A stretch of DNA of 64,000 nucleotides from Macrostomum lignano (taxonomy: Eukaryota), in assembly GCA_002269645.1 (NCBI GenBank), contig NIVC01000709.1:372001-436000 (forward strand), in the 5' to 3' direction. A program made the position numbers and the translations under genes. Every line of letters begins with the position of its first letter. Within the stretch, counting starts at the first letter, position 1. This document shows, piece by piece, positions 23,227-35,329 of the stretch. Below the pieces are notes generated by a model that was not told the origin of the DNA, made no database searches, and worked only from the letters and a program-made list of their open reading frames with translations.

Positions 23227-23710
23227 CCTCATCGCCTCACTGCCTCCCTCATCGCCTCACTGCCTCCTTCATCGCCTCACTGCCTCCCTCATCGCCTCAC
23301 TGCCTCCCTCATCGCCTCACTGCCTCCCTCATCGCCTCACTGCCTGCATCATCGCCTCACTGCCTGCATCATCGCCTCACTGCCTGCCTCATCGCCTCAC
23401 TGCCTCCCTCATCGCCTCACTGCCTCCCTCATCGCCTCACTGCCTCCCTCATCGCCTCACTGCCTCCCTCATCGCCTCACTGCCTCCCTCATCGCCTCAC
23501 TGCCTGCATCATCGCCTCACTGCCTGCATCATCGCCTCACTGCCTGCCTCATCGCCTCACTGCCTGCATCATCGCCTCACTGCCTCCCTCATCGCCTCAC
23601 TGCCTGCCTCATCGCCTCAGTGCCTGCATCATCGCCTCACTGCCTGCATCATCGCCCCACTGCCTGCCTCATCGCCTCACTGCCTGCATCATCGCCTCAC
23701 TGCCTCCCTT
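23097..23710. repeat. (GCCT)n followed by a 20-bp repeat (CATCGCCTCACTGCCTCCCT), directly after the GPCR stop
   Basis: Direct inspection. Confidence 0.95.
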
Positions 23711-24289
23711 ATTCACAACTTCTTTGATTTTCAGGCAGGTCACCAACTAATTAGTAGGTTCAGATTTGTTCGGAACTCAAAGAAACTCGTCATGCAGACC
23801 TGGAGAATTAATGAATTCTTTTGTGTCATCAAGGATTTTCTGTCATTGCTGTTGTTAATTAGCATGCTGGATCACACGCAGACCGTGTCTATTAAGGAAT
23901 AGAAGCAGATGCGACACTTGCGCACCAATTTTAGCGATTCGAAGAGCACAGAGTTCGAGCACAGTGCCCATCGAGGGCGCGCAAATACACAGTTATAAAT
24001 CATAGTCAATATTTTTCACGCACCACTTGCCTTCTTGGCTTCATTGAAGCTCTTCTACTTCAAGTTGGCTGTTATTATTCGCCACATCGATCAAATTAAT
24101 TACCATCATTAGCCAGTTAGCACCTGTCAGATCTCTGGCGCGTGACATCGCATTGGTTTAGCGATCAACTAATAAAATTTTTCCATGTTAACTTTCTCTG
24201 GACTGTGTGAATTGCAGATCAGGTTCTTCAAAGTGAATTCATTATTTATCGCTTCAGTCTCTGCCCCTGTCTGCGAACTCCCTGTGTGA

Positions 24290-25255
24290 CTGCCTTCTCC
24301 CTGTCACTCTCTGCCCTTTCACTGCCCTCTCCTTGTCCCTGCCCTCTCCCTGTCCCCTCCCAGTATCCCCGCCCCTGCCCTCTCCCTGTCCCCTCACAGT
24401 CTCCCTGTCCCTGCCCTCTCCCTGTCCCCTCACAGTCTCCCTGTCCCTGCCCTCTCCCTGTCCCCTCACAGTCTCCCTGTCCCTGCCCTCTCCCTGTCCC
24501 CTCCCAGTCTCCCTGTCCCTGCCCTCTCCCTGTCCCCTCACAGTCTCCCTGTCCCTGCCCTCTCCCTGTCCCCTCCCAGTCTCCCTGTCCCTGCCCTCTC
24601 CCTGTCCCCTCACAGTCTCCCTGTCCCTGCCCTCTCCCTGTCCCCTCCCAGTCTCCCTGTCCCTGCTCTCTCTCCGCCCTCTGCCTGTCTCTCTCTGCCA
24701 TCTGCCTGTCTCTCTCTGCTGTCTGCCTGTCTCTCTGCCTCTCCCTGTCTCTCTGCCTCTCCCTTTCTCTCTGCCATCTTCCTGTCTCTGCCCTCTCCCT
24801 GTCTCTCTGCCTCTCCCTGTCTCTCTGCCCTCTCCCTGTCTCTCTGCCCTCTCCCTGTCTCTCTGCCTCTCCCTGTCTCTCTGCCTCTCCCTGTCTCTCT
24901 GCCTCTCCCTGTCTCTGCCTCTCCCTGTCTCTCTGCCTCTCCCTGTCTCTCTGCCTCTCCCTGTCTCTCTGCCTCTCCCTGTCTCTCTGCCTCTCCCTGT
25001 CTCTCTGCCTCTCCCTGTCTCTCTGCCTCTCCCTGTCTCTCTGCCTCTCCCTGTCTCTCTGCCTCTCCCTGTCTCTCTGCCTCTCCCTGTCTCTCTGCCT
25101 CTCCCTGTCTCTCTGCCTTTCCCTGTCTCTCTGCCTCTCCCTGTCTCTCTGCCTCTCCCTGTCTCTCTGCCATCTGCCTGTCTCTCTGCTTCTCCCTGTC
25201 TCTCTGCTTCTCCCTGTCTCTCTGCCATCTGCCTGTCTCTCTCTGCCTCTCACTG
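24290..25255. repeat. Pyrimidine-rich 36-bp then 18-bp (CTCCCTGTCTCTCTGCCT) repeats
   Basis: Direct inspection. Confidence 0.94.
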
Positions 25256-25703
25256 TCTAAATGGCTAATGGTTGTATAGCAACAAAATAATGCGTAGCGT
25301 TAGTTAGTAGCGCGCCTGTCTTCGCCGGTAGTAGGGTGCCTGCAGCGGCTTTGCGCATTTCAAATCGGCGCTGGCAGCAAAAAGCAGCCAGAAATGCAGA
25401 GCATTAAAAGTGCAATCATGAAGTGAATTTGTCCAGTGAAAAGTGCCAAATAAGTCGCATTTCTCCACCTGTACTGTCAGCAGTTGCTACACAAGCCCTG
25501 CAGAATTGCGCTCCAGCAGTCGCAACCTTTTGCTTCGGATTTGCGCCAGCCTGCGCCCCTCCCCGCACGCCTTCCCTTATCAGTCAGCCGCAGATTTCAA
25601 GCAAAACCAAAGAGTCCTGTGGCTTCTGCCCTCCTGCTTTCCACTTTCTGCTTTTGCGCAACTTTCGCAACTCAATAATAGAAGAGACCCATTAAAAGAA
25701 ACG

Positions 25704-28341
25704 ATGTCAAGCAGCGAGCAGCAAAGCAGCAGCCTCAGACGCCGAGTCCTCCTGCTCAACCTGTTCTTCGGCTTCCTGGCCGTGGCCGGGCAGGTCGGCC
25801 AGAACGTCTCCCTGCCGCTGTGGATCGACTCCGGTCGGCCGGACACCTGCGGCAACCGGTCAACAGGCAACAGCAGCGCAGGCGGCGAGCTTTCTGAGGA
25901 CCCGCCGCTGCTTCTAGAAGAAGAGGAGCCGCTGCAGCAGTGGGAAGGCCGCGAGCCGGCGAACTGCACGGTCGGGCGCAGCATCGACAGCTACTTTGTG
26001 TACACCTTCGCCTGCACCAGCTTCGTGCTGATCTTCGGCCTGCTGCTCATCCCCATCAAGCTGCTCAGCCCCAGCAGCCTGGGACAGACGGAGCGCCGCT
26101 TCCCCCAGCTCGCGCTCTTCCTCATCGGCTTCTTCGACGCCCTCAACGGCGTTCTGGTGGTCTTCGCCTCCAGCGGCAAGCGGACCCTGCCGGCCCTGCA
26201 GCCGATCCTCAGCAACTTCATGATCCCCCTGACCGTCACCTTCCGCCTGGTGCTGCTGCGCAAGTCGCCCAGCCGGCTGAAGGGTCTCGCCGCTCTCGGC
26301 GTCTTCCTGGCGCTGGTCGTCAGCTTGCTGCCCACCATGGTGCCCTCGCTGGGCGCCGAAACCGAGGGCGGAGCTCGCGGCATCGGCCGGGTGCTCTGGC
26401 CTGTCGTCTTCATGCTCGGCTTCGTCCCCGCCGCCGTGATGAACGTCCTGCAGGAGAAGTGGCTGAAGCACCGGCTGGAGGCGGCCGGCGGCGGGCAGCT
26501 GAACCTAATCTTCTTCCTGTTCAGCACCAGCTGCTACCAGCTGCTCACCGCGCTCGCCCTGTTCTGGGTGGACATTGTGCCCGGCTACGGCAACGCCAAC
26601 AGCCTCTGGCAGCTCGGTGACAGCTGGCGCTTCGGCGTCTCCTGCTTCTTCGGCGGCGACGGCTGCCCCGCCGACTCCGGCGTCAGGGGCGCCATGTTCA
26701 TCGGCATGTACACCGTGTCCTACATCGGCGGCGGCCTCATGCTGCGCTACGCCGAGGGCGCCACCCTGCTGGCCGTGGTGTCCGCGCTGGTCACCCCGCT
26801 GGGGTTCCTGTTCTGGACCTTCTTCCAGGTGGGGCTGGTGGGGATCTGGACTGCTGACACTGTGGGATCTGGACTGCTGACACTGTGGGATCTGGACTGC
26901 TGACACTGTGGGATCTGGACTGCTGACACTGTGGGATCTGGACTGCTGACACTGTGGGATCTGGACTGCTGACACTGTGGGATCTGGACTGCTGACACTG
27001 TGGGATCTGGACTGCTGACACTGTGGGATCTGGACTGCTGACACTGTGGGATCTGGACTGCTGACAATATGGGATCTGGAGTCTTGACAATATGGGATCT
27101 GGACCCCTGACAATATGGGATCTGGACTCTTGAAAATATGGGATCTCTGGACTCTTTGACAATATGGGATCTGAACTCCTGAAAATATGGGATCTCTGGA
27201 CTCCTGATAGTATGGGATCTGGACTTCTGACAATATGGGATCTGGACTCCTGAAAATATGGGATCTCTGGACTGCTGAAAATATGGGATCTCTGGACTCT
27301 TGACAATATGGGATCTGGACTCTTGAAAATATGGGATCTCTGGACTCTTGACAATATGGGATCTGGACTCTTGAAAATATGGGATCTCTGGACTCTTTGA
27401 CAATATGGGATCTGGACTCCTGAAAATATGGGATCTCTGGACTCTTGACAATATGGGATCTCTGGACTCCTGACAATATGGGATCTCTGGACTCCTGAAA
27501 ATATGGGATCTGGACTTCTGAAAATATGGGATCTGGACTTCTGAAAATATGGGATGTCTGGACTCCTGAAAATATGGGATCTCTGGACTCCTGAAAATAT
27601 GGGATCTCTGGACTCTTGACAATATGGGATCTGGACTCCTGATAGTATGGGATCTGGACTTCTGACAATATGGGGTCTGGACTTCTGAAAATATGGGATC
27701 TCTGGACTCCTGAAAATATGGGATCTGGACTTCTGAAAATATGGGATCTGGACTTCTGAAAATATGGGATCTCTGGACTCCTGAAAATATGGGATCTCTG
27801 GACTCTTGACAATATGGGATCTCTGGACTCTTTGACAATATGGGATCTGGACTCCTGAAAATATGGGATCTCTGGACTCTTGACAATATGGGATCTGGAC
27901 TCTTGACAATATGGGATCTGGACTCCTGACAATATGGGATCTGGACTCCTGACAATATGGGATCTGGACTCTTGACAATATGGGATCTGGACTTCTGACA
28001 ATATGGGATCTGGACTCCTGACACGATGGGATTGCCCAGTAAAAATCCCAGCAACCACTAAGAGTCGGTCGGCACTGAAGGTGACTCATACTTCACAAAG
28101 CATTTCCCCACCGCGCGCGCAGGAGGACCCGTTCCAGTTTCACATCCAGACCAGCTACACCACCTGGTTCGCGCTCGCCTCCCTGTCTCTCATGGTGCCG
28201 GCAATCCTGGCCTACAACTGGCGCTCGGAGGCCGCGGACGAAGCCCGGCGGCTGCTCATTCAGGCTGATGAAGCCAATGAGGCTAGCGACTCAGAAGCCG
28301 CTGGGAAGTACGGCGGCACCAACATCGAGTATTCCGGCTGA
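25704..28341 (+). CDS. CRT-like (chloroquine resistance transporter family, DMT superfamily) multi-pass transporter (447 aa). Exons 25704-26828 and 28123-28341
   Basis: About 10 hydrophobic segments. The motif IGFFDALNGVLVVFASSGKRT..LQPILSNFMIPLTV resembles crt-homolog proteins, and the loop GVSCFFGGDGC carries paired Cys. Phase-0 intron TTCCAG|GTGGGG ... GCGCAG|GAG. Confidence 0.8.
26840..28030. repeat. 23/25-bp minisatellite (GGGATCTGGACTGCTGACACTGT grading into GGGATCTCTGGACTCCTGAAAATAT) filling the CRT-like intron
   Basis: Direct inspection; starts about 12 nt after the donor. Confidence 0.96.
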
Positions 28342-28734
28342 CTGGGGAATTCTCCTAGAGTTAATTAATACACTTCTATTAACCGGAGTTAACAGTGTTT
28401 AATACCCCATGAATTCCCCCAGATATATCTCCCAGAAAATTGCCTCAGGGAATTAATTCCCTACCGACAATTCAGCCTAAAGAATTCTCTTCTGGGAATT
28501 CGTTGCACAAATTCTCTTCAGGAATTCCCTGTGCAGAATTCTCTTCTTGGGGATTCCCTACTAAGAAATAGCCCTGAGACATTGCTTTGAGAGAATTCCC
28601 TGTTGAAACTGTCTGCTAGTAATTTCTTCATGAGAACTAATTCATTTCCGACAATTCCCTCCGGATAATTCCCTCCCAAGAATTCCCCTAACTAAGAGCA
28701 GACAATTCCCTGAAGCGCAACGTAATCGATGCTG

Positions 28735-28995
28735 AGAATTCCCTTTCTAGAATTCCCTCTCTAGAATTCCCTTTCTAGAACTCCCTCTCTAGAATTCCCT
28801 ATCTAGAATTCCCTCTACAATTCCCTTTCTAGAACTCCCTCTCTAGAATTCCCTTTCTAGAACTCCCTCTCTAGAATTCCCTCTCTACAATTCCCTTTCT
28901 AGAACTCCCTCTCTAGAATTCCCTTTCTAGAACTCCCTCTCTAGAATTCCCTTTCTAGAACTCCCTCTCTAGAATTCCCTCTCTACAATTCCCTC
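28735..28995. repeat. 14-bp repeat (TCTAGAATTCCCTT / TCTAGAACTCCCTC) downstream of the CRT-like gene
   Basis: Direct inspection. Confidence 0.9.
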
Positions 28996-30197
28996 CAAAA
29001 ACCTCCAGCTGAAAATCATCCTAAAAATTGCCCCTGAGAATTCTCTCCCAAGAAGGCACCCAGCAAAAATTCAATAGGAGAATACCCCTAGTGAAAATTC
29101 CCTCGTTAAAAAATTCCTTCTGCTGAAAACTCTGTGCTGAAAAATGAGCGCTTTTATCCTAAACAGTATTTTTGCGTAACCAGACACCAGAATTTTCAAT
29201 AAAAAGAACGAATAATGCATACATATGAATTTATTTTTTTGTTCAATCTCTTAAAACTTCATAATAATAATCCGGCCCGGCCCTCTCCTCTCTCCCTGTA
29301 TTTCCGCTTCTCTCTTCTCTTCCCTCCTCTTATCTTTTCTCCTATTGATTTTCTCATGCCATCTCTCTCTCCTAACCTAACCGAAATCCTATTCTTAATG
29401 GTCCCTACAACAGATGTCAATGAAACCATGCATCGCTTTATTTGCAATGAATTTCCCTCAACGGGAAATTTTGGGCTGCGTCACAAAGTATTTGGATCAG
29501 GTCCCGGCCTTCCCAGAGACCATCATCCGTTGACGTAAACTACCCTTCAGGCCGGGCCGCTGTTGGCAACCGTGAGATCGATAGCATCTCTAGATTGCCT
29601 TGGCCCCCGCACCCCAGGTGAGAGCCAGAGTTCCTCACTGGACAAAGACAGTCGCTATATACCTACTCAGCTGTGAAGGCTTGTATGAGGGTGCAGCTAT
29701 TGTATCTGGCTGAGATTCTCAACGTGTCTGCGTTAAAATTTCGCGGCTCTCCGAAATCTTTGCAATGCCTTTTCATTTTTTTGAGGGTGTGGGAAAATCT
29801 ACAATTGTTGTTCTGAAGTTCTTGTCCTTCATCGCTACGACTCTGGGTTTGCTCAGAACGAAGCCTAAATATGGAACCTTATCTGCAGCACGCGCTGCTT
29901 TCTTGCGCAGTGTTTAAACACTTCCATGAGGCCCTCTGCACTTCGTCGAGCGTGCTAGCTGTTGCCTACTCATAAATGATACTATAAGTAGAGTAAATCA
30001 GACAGTAGCAGTAAAATTGAAACTATAAATCATGTTATTATTGAATGATGTAAGAGACCAACCATGATTAACTTTTATAGTGTAAACAATGAATGACATC
30101 AAAAAGGTAAAAAGTGTCTCCACGTCCACTGCGTTCGCTTCCTTCACAATGCTGGGCTGCACACCACTAATTTTACTCGGCAAGAGCTCAGAATTCA

Positions 30198-30218
30198 CTA
30201 ACTAACTAACTAACTAAT

Positions 30219-30263
<45 letters not shown>

Positions 30264-30404
30264 GACTAACTAACTAACTAACTAACTGACTAACTGACTG
30301 ACTAACTAACTAACTAACTAACTAACTAAGTAACTAACTGACTGACTAACTAACTAAGTAACTAACAAACTAAGTAACTAACTAACAAACTAACTAACTG
30401 ACTG

Positions 30405-30443
<39 letters not shown>

Positions 30444-30496
30444 GACTGACTAACTAACAAACTAACAAACTAACAAACTAACTAACTAACCAACTG

Positions 30497-30559
<63 letters not shown>

Positions 30560-30560
30560 G

Positions 30561-30621
<61 letters not shown>

Positions 30622-30680
30622 GTAACTAGCTAAGTACCTAACAAACTAAGTAACTAACTAACAAACTAACTAACTGACTG

Positions 30681-30723
<43 letters not shown>

Positions 30724-30766
30724 GACTGACTAACTAACAAACTAACAAACTAACAAACTAACAAAC

Positions 30767-30806
<40 letters not shown>

Positions 30807-30812
30807 CAACTG

Positions 30813-30875
<63 letters not shown>

Positions 30876-30876
30876 G

Positions 30877-30935
<59 letters not shown>

Positions 30936-30960
30936 GACTAATTAACTAACTGACTAACTG

Positions 30961-31019
<59 letters not shown>

Positions 31020-31080
31020 GACTAACTAACTAACTAACTAACAAACTAACTGACTAACTAACTAACTGACTAACTGACTG

Positions 31081-31126
<46 letters not shown>

Positions 31127-31156
31127 CAACTGACTAACTAACTAACTAACTAACTG

Positions 31157-31214
<58 letters not shown>

Positions 31215-31272
31215 AAACTAAGTAACTAACTAACTAATTAACCAAATAACTAACTGACTAACTAACTAACTG

Positions 31273-31311
<39 letters not shown>

Positions 31312-31420
31312 GACTGACTAACTAACAAACTAACAAATTAACAAACTAACAAACTAACAAACTAACTAACTAACTGACTAACTAACTAACTAACTAACTA
31401 ACTAACCAATTAACTAACTG

Positions 31421-31451
<31 letters not shown>

Positions 31452-31498
31452 GACGGACTAACTAACAAACTAACAAACTAACAAACTAACAAACTAAC

Positions 31499-31558
<60 letters not shown>

Positions 31559-31593
31559 CAATTAACTAACTGACTAACTAACTAACTAACTAC

Positions 31594-31630
<37 letters not shown>

Positions 31631-31651
31631 CAATCAACTAACTGACTAACC

Positions 31652-31719
<68 letters not shown>

Positions 31720-31738
31720 GACTAACTAACTAACTAAT

Positions 31739-31807
<69 letters not shown>

Positions 31808-31816
31808 GACAAACTT

Positions 31817-31899
<83 letters not shown>

Positions 31900-31940
31900 G
31901 ACTAACTGACTAACTGACTAACTAACTAACTAACTAACTG

Positions 31941-31983
<43 letters not shown>

Positions 31984-32010
31984 GACTAACTAACTAACTA
32001 ATTAACTAAT

Positions 32011-32054
<44 letters not shown>

Positions 32055-32068
32055 CAATTAACTAACTG

Positions 32069-32114
<46 letters not shown>

Positions 32115-32128
32115 CAATTAACTAACTG

Positions 32129-32206
<78 letters not shown>

Positions 32207-32207
32207 G
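30198..32207. repeat. (CTAA)n microsatellite of about 2 kb with CTGA and CAAA variants
   Basis: Direct inspection. Confidence 0.99.
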
Positions 32208-32631
32208 AATTAAATAACGAAATAATTAACTCCCTGGTCCACAATAGCCTGTCGCTCGTGCATGGATCTGTGCCCGCGACCTTTCTCTGTGCCCGTGAGA
32301 TTCAGGCGCACTACTGGCGAACACACGTGCAGGGCGCAGAGTAGCGCAGTACACACGCTTGGCAAGGAGAAGTCTGGATTGCCGTCCACTCTGTGTGCAC
32401 GTGCGCGAGCGTGGGAGGCGTGGGAAGACTCATTCAGCCAGCTGGCAATGAAAGTGCAGATGCGAATCGGATGGCAACACTACCGTCACTAAGGCGTCAC
32501 TACCAATGTCATCTCGAAATTAATAAATTAAATTGATTTTGGCTGCTGGCAGACAGCATCATTAGGGGGGGGGCTCGAGGTTCAACAAGTCCGTCTGGCC
32601 GGGTTCCCTACAAACGCGAAAACATGCCGCC

Positions 32632-32980
32632 AGAAACCCAGTCCTAACCCAAGCGTCAGTAGAAACCCAGTCCTAACCCAAGCGTCAGTAGAAACCCAGC
32701 CCTAACCCAAGCGTCAGTAGAAACCCAGCCCTAACCCAAGCGTCAGTAGAAACCCAGCCCTAACCCAAGCGTCAGTAGAAACCCAGCCCTAACCCAAGCG
32801 TCAGTAGAAACCCAGCCCTAACCCAAGCGTCAGTAGAAACCCAGCCCTAACCCAAGCGTCAGTAGAAACCCAGCCCTAACCCAAGCGTCAGTAGAAACCC
32901 AGCCCTAACCCAAGCGTCAGTAGAAACCCAGCCCTAACCCAAGCGTCAGTAGAAACCCAGCCCTAACCCAAGTGTCAGTA
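32632..32980. repeat. 29-bp minisatellite (GTCAGTAGAAACCCAGCCCTAACCCAAGC)
   Basis: Direct inspection; about 12 near-perfect copies. Confidence 0.96.
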
Positions 32981-33069
32981 GTTGAACAACTAGCAGCCAG
33001 ATCCCTCCCGTCACAACAGAAGTGTTTTTAATATCTTAATTGAAATTCTGTGCTGTACAGCAGGTAAGT

Positions 33070-33880
33070 CCCGGCTCACACTGCACCTGCAGCAAAAGCC
33101 ACATCTCACACCAACACCTCAGCTCACACTGCACCTGCAGCAAAAGCCACATCTCACACCAACCCGAACTGACACCCCAGCTCCCACTGCACCTGCAGCA
33201 ATAGCCACATCTCACACCAACACCTCAGCTCCCACTGCACCTGCAGCAATAGCCACATCTCACACCAACACCTCAGCTCCCACTGCACCTGCAGCAATAG
33301 CCACATCTCACACCAACACCTCAGCTCCCACTGCACCTGCAGCAAAAGCCACATCTCACACCAACACCTCAGCTCACACTGCACCTGCAGCAAAAGCCAC
33401 ATCTCACACCAACACCTCAGCTCACACTGCACCTGCAGCAATAGCCACATCTCACACCAACACCTCAGCTCCCACTGCACCTGCAGCAAAAGCCACATCT
33501 CACACCAACACCTCAGCTCACACTGCACCTGCAGCAAAAGCCACATCTCACACCAACACCTCAGCTCACACTGCACCTGCAGCAATAGCCACATCTCACA
33601 CCAACACCTCAGCTCCCACTGCACCTGCAGCAAAAGCCACATCTCACACCAACCCGAACTGGCACCTCAGCTCCCACTGCACCTGCAGCAAAAGCCACAT
33701 CTCACACCAACACCTCAGCTCCCACTGCACCTGCAGCAAAAGCCACATCTCACACCAACACCTCAGCTCCCACTGCACCTGCAGCAAAAGCCACATCTCA
33801 CACTAACCCGAACTGACACCTCAGCTCACACTGCACCTGCAGCAAAAGCCACATCTCACACCAACCCGAGCTGACGCCTC
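33070..33880. repeat. 48-bp minisatellite (CTCCCACTGCACCTGCAGCAAAAGCCACATCTCACACCAACACCTCAG)
   Basis: Direct inspection; produces a 16-aa periodic artefact ORF on the minus strand. Confidence 0.96.
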
Positions 33881-33882
33881 AG

Positions 33883-35265
33883 CGAGTTCGGCAAAGGCTG
33901 GCATCACCGGGCTGCACCTGCACGCGGGTCCGCCAAGGCCGCAGAAGAGGCCGCAGGCAAGTCGCTGGGCCACTGCGCCGCTCTCTGCGTCAAGCTGCAG
34001 TGCGCGCTGCTCAGCTTCAACCAGAGGGCCCGCCTCTGCCAGCTGGTGCACTTCTATCAGACCGACGGCTGCAGCCGGGACGGAGCAACCGTGGGAGGCG
34101 CTGAAGGCGACGAGGTGTGGGTGACTGAGCAGTTCCGAGTGCTGATGAGACAGCAGACGGAGGTCTCCACGGCTGCTCCGCAGCAGGTGGTGGCCAACGA
34201 CACGCAGTTCCTCAGTGAGTGAGAAAGTGGACCTGCTTCGCCCCCCACCCCGACACTTTGCAGACCCGCACGAAGGTTTCGCAGGGTCCGTGCGGCCCCA
34301 CCCCGACACTTTGCAGACCCGCACGAAGGTTCCGCAGGGTCCGTGCGGCCCCACCCCGACACTTTGCAGACCCGCACGAAGGTTCCGCAGGGTCCGTGCG
34401 GCCCCACCCCGACACTTTGCAGACCCGCACGATGGTCCCGCAGGGTCCGTGCGGCCCCACCCCGACACTGCAGACCCGCACGAAGGTTTCGCAGGGTCCG
34501 TGCAGGCCGCCGCCGTGCCGCAGACCGGCTGCTACCGCATCGAAGCGCTCGGAGCCAGCGGCGGCTTCATCAACTGCCAGACCGTCGACCCCGAGCCAGA
34601 GCTGTACGAAGGAGGTCGCGGTGCCCGCATCGCCGGGTTCTTCAAACTCTCGGCCGGCACCGTGCTGACCGTTGTTGTTGGCCAGCGGGGCAGGAGCAGC
34701 TCGCATGCCAGCCCGGCCTGCTCTGACAACTGCGTGTCCAGCGGAGGCGGAGGCTCCTTCGTGTACACCGAGGTGGAGCTGCTCCTGGCTGCTGGTGGCG
34801 GAGGAGGCGCAGCGGTGTACTTTGCAGGTAACAGCCAAGGGTCACGTGCGAGTTCTTGAACAACCTGTGTGCGCAGGGGCCTGGACCGGTGCTCGAACCC
34901 CCCCCCAACCCACCGCAGGCATCGACGGTCAGGGCGGACCGAACGGCACCGACTCCACCGGCATGAACTTCCTGGGCCGGCTGGGTCCTCAGCTCGAGCG
35001 CCCGGGGACTCGGCGGCGGAAACCGCGGCGACGGCTGGGTCGGCGGCGGCAACACCGGGGCTTCGGCGGTGGAGGCGGCGGATTCCAGACGACATCCTCT
35101 GTCGGCGCTAGCGGCGGCGGCTTCGACAGCGGCCAGGCGGGAGGCGGCGGCGGCTCCTTCTGCGCCGGCGGTCGCTGCAACGCCACCAGCGGCGGCAACT
35201 CGGCCGAGTCGCACGGTCGGGTCCTGGTGGCGCCAGTCGGGTCCCACGAATGCGACAGAGCCTGA
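33883..35265 (+). CDS. PAN/Apple domain + ALK/LTK-like glycine-rich domain protein, probably secreted. Exons about 33883/33897-34214, 34474-34827, 34919-35265; possible upstream exon ending at 33063; start codon unresolved
   Basis: PAN-like SLGHCAALCVKLQCALLSFNQRARLCQL, followed by VPQTGCYRIEALGASGG..GGRGARIAGFFKL..GTVLTVVVGQRG..GGGGSFVY..LLLAAGGGGGA..GFGGGGGG..GGGGGSF..HGRV (ALK/LTK GRD consensus). The two downstream junctions are phase 1. Confidence 0.75.
34240..34502. repeat. 53-bp tandem repeat (5 copies) that includes a splice acceptor and the start of the following exon
   Basis: GACACTTTGCAG|ACCCGCACGAAGG recurs, with potential exon starts at 34264, 34317, 34370, 34423 and 34474. Confidence 0.92.
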
Positions 35266-35329
35266 CTTCAGTCAGGAAACGAGCTGCGGCTGTGCTTAAG
35301 AGACAGTAACGGCACTCACTGGCTTTAGT

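Noticed and set aside
29270-29565. Inverted CGGCCCGGCC / GGCCGGGCCG pair about 280 bp apart
   Set aside because: Only 10 GC-rich bases, the termini do not extend symmetrically, and there is no TSD.
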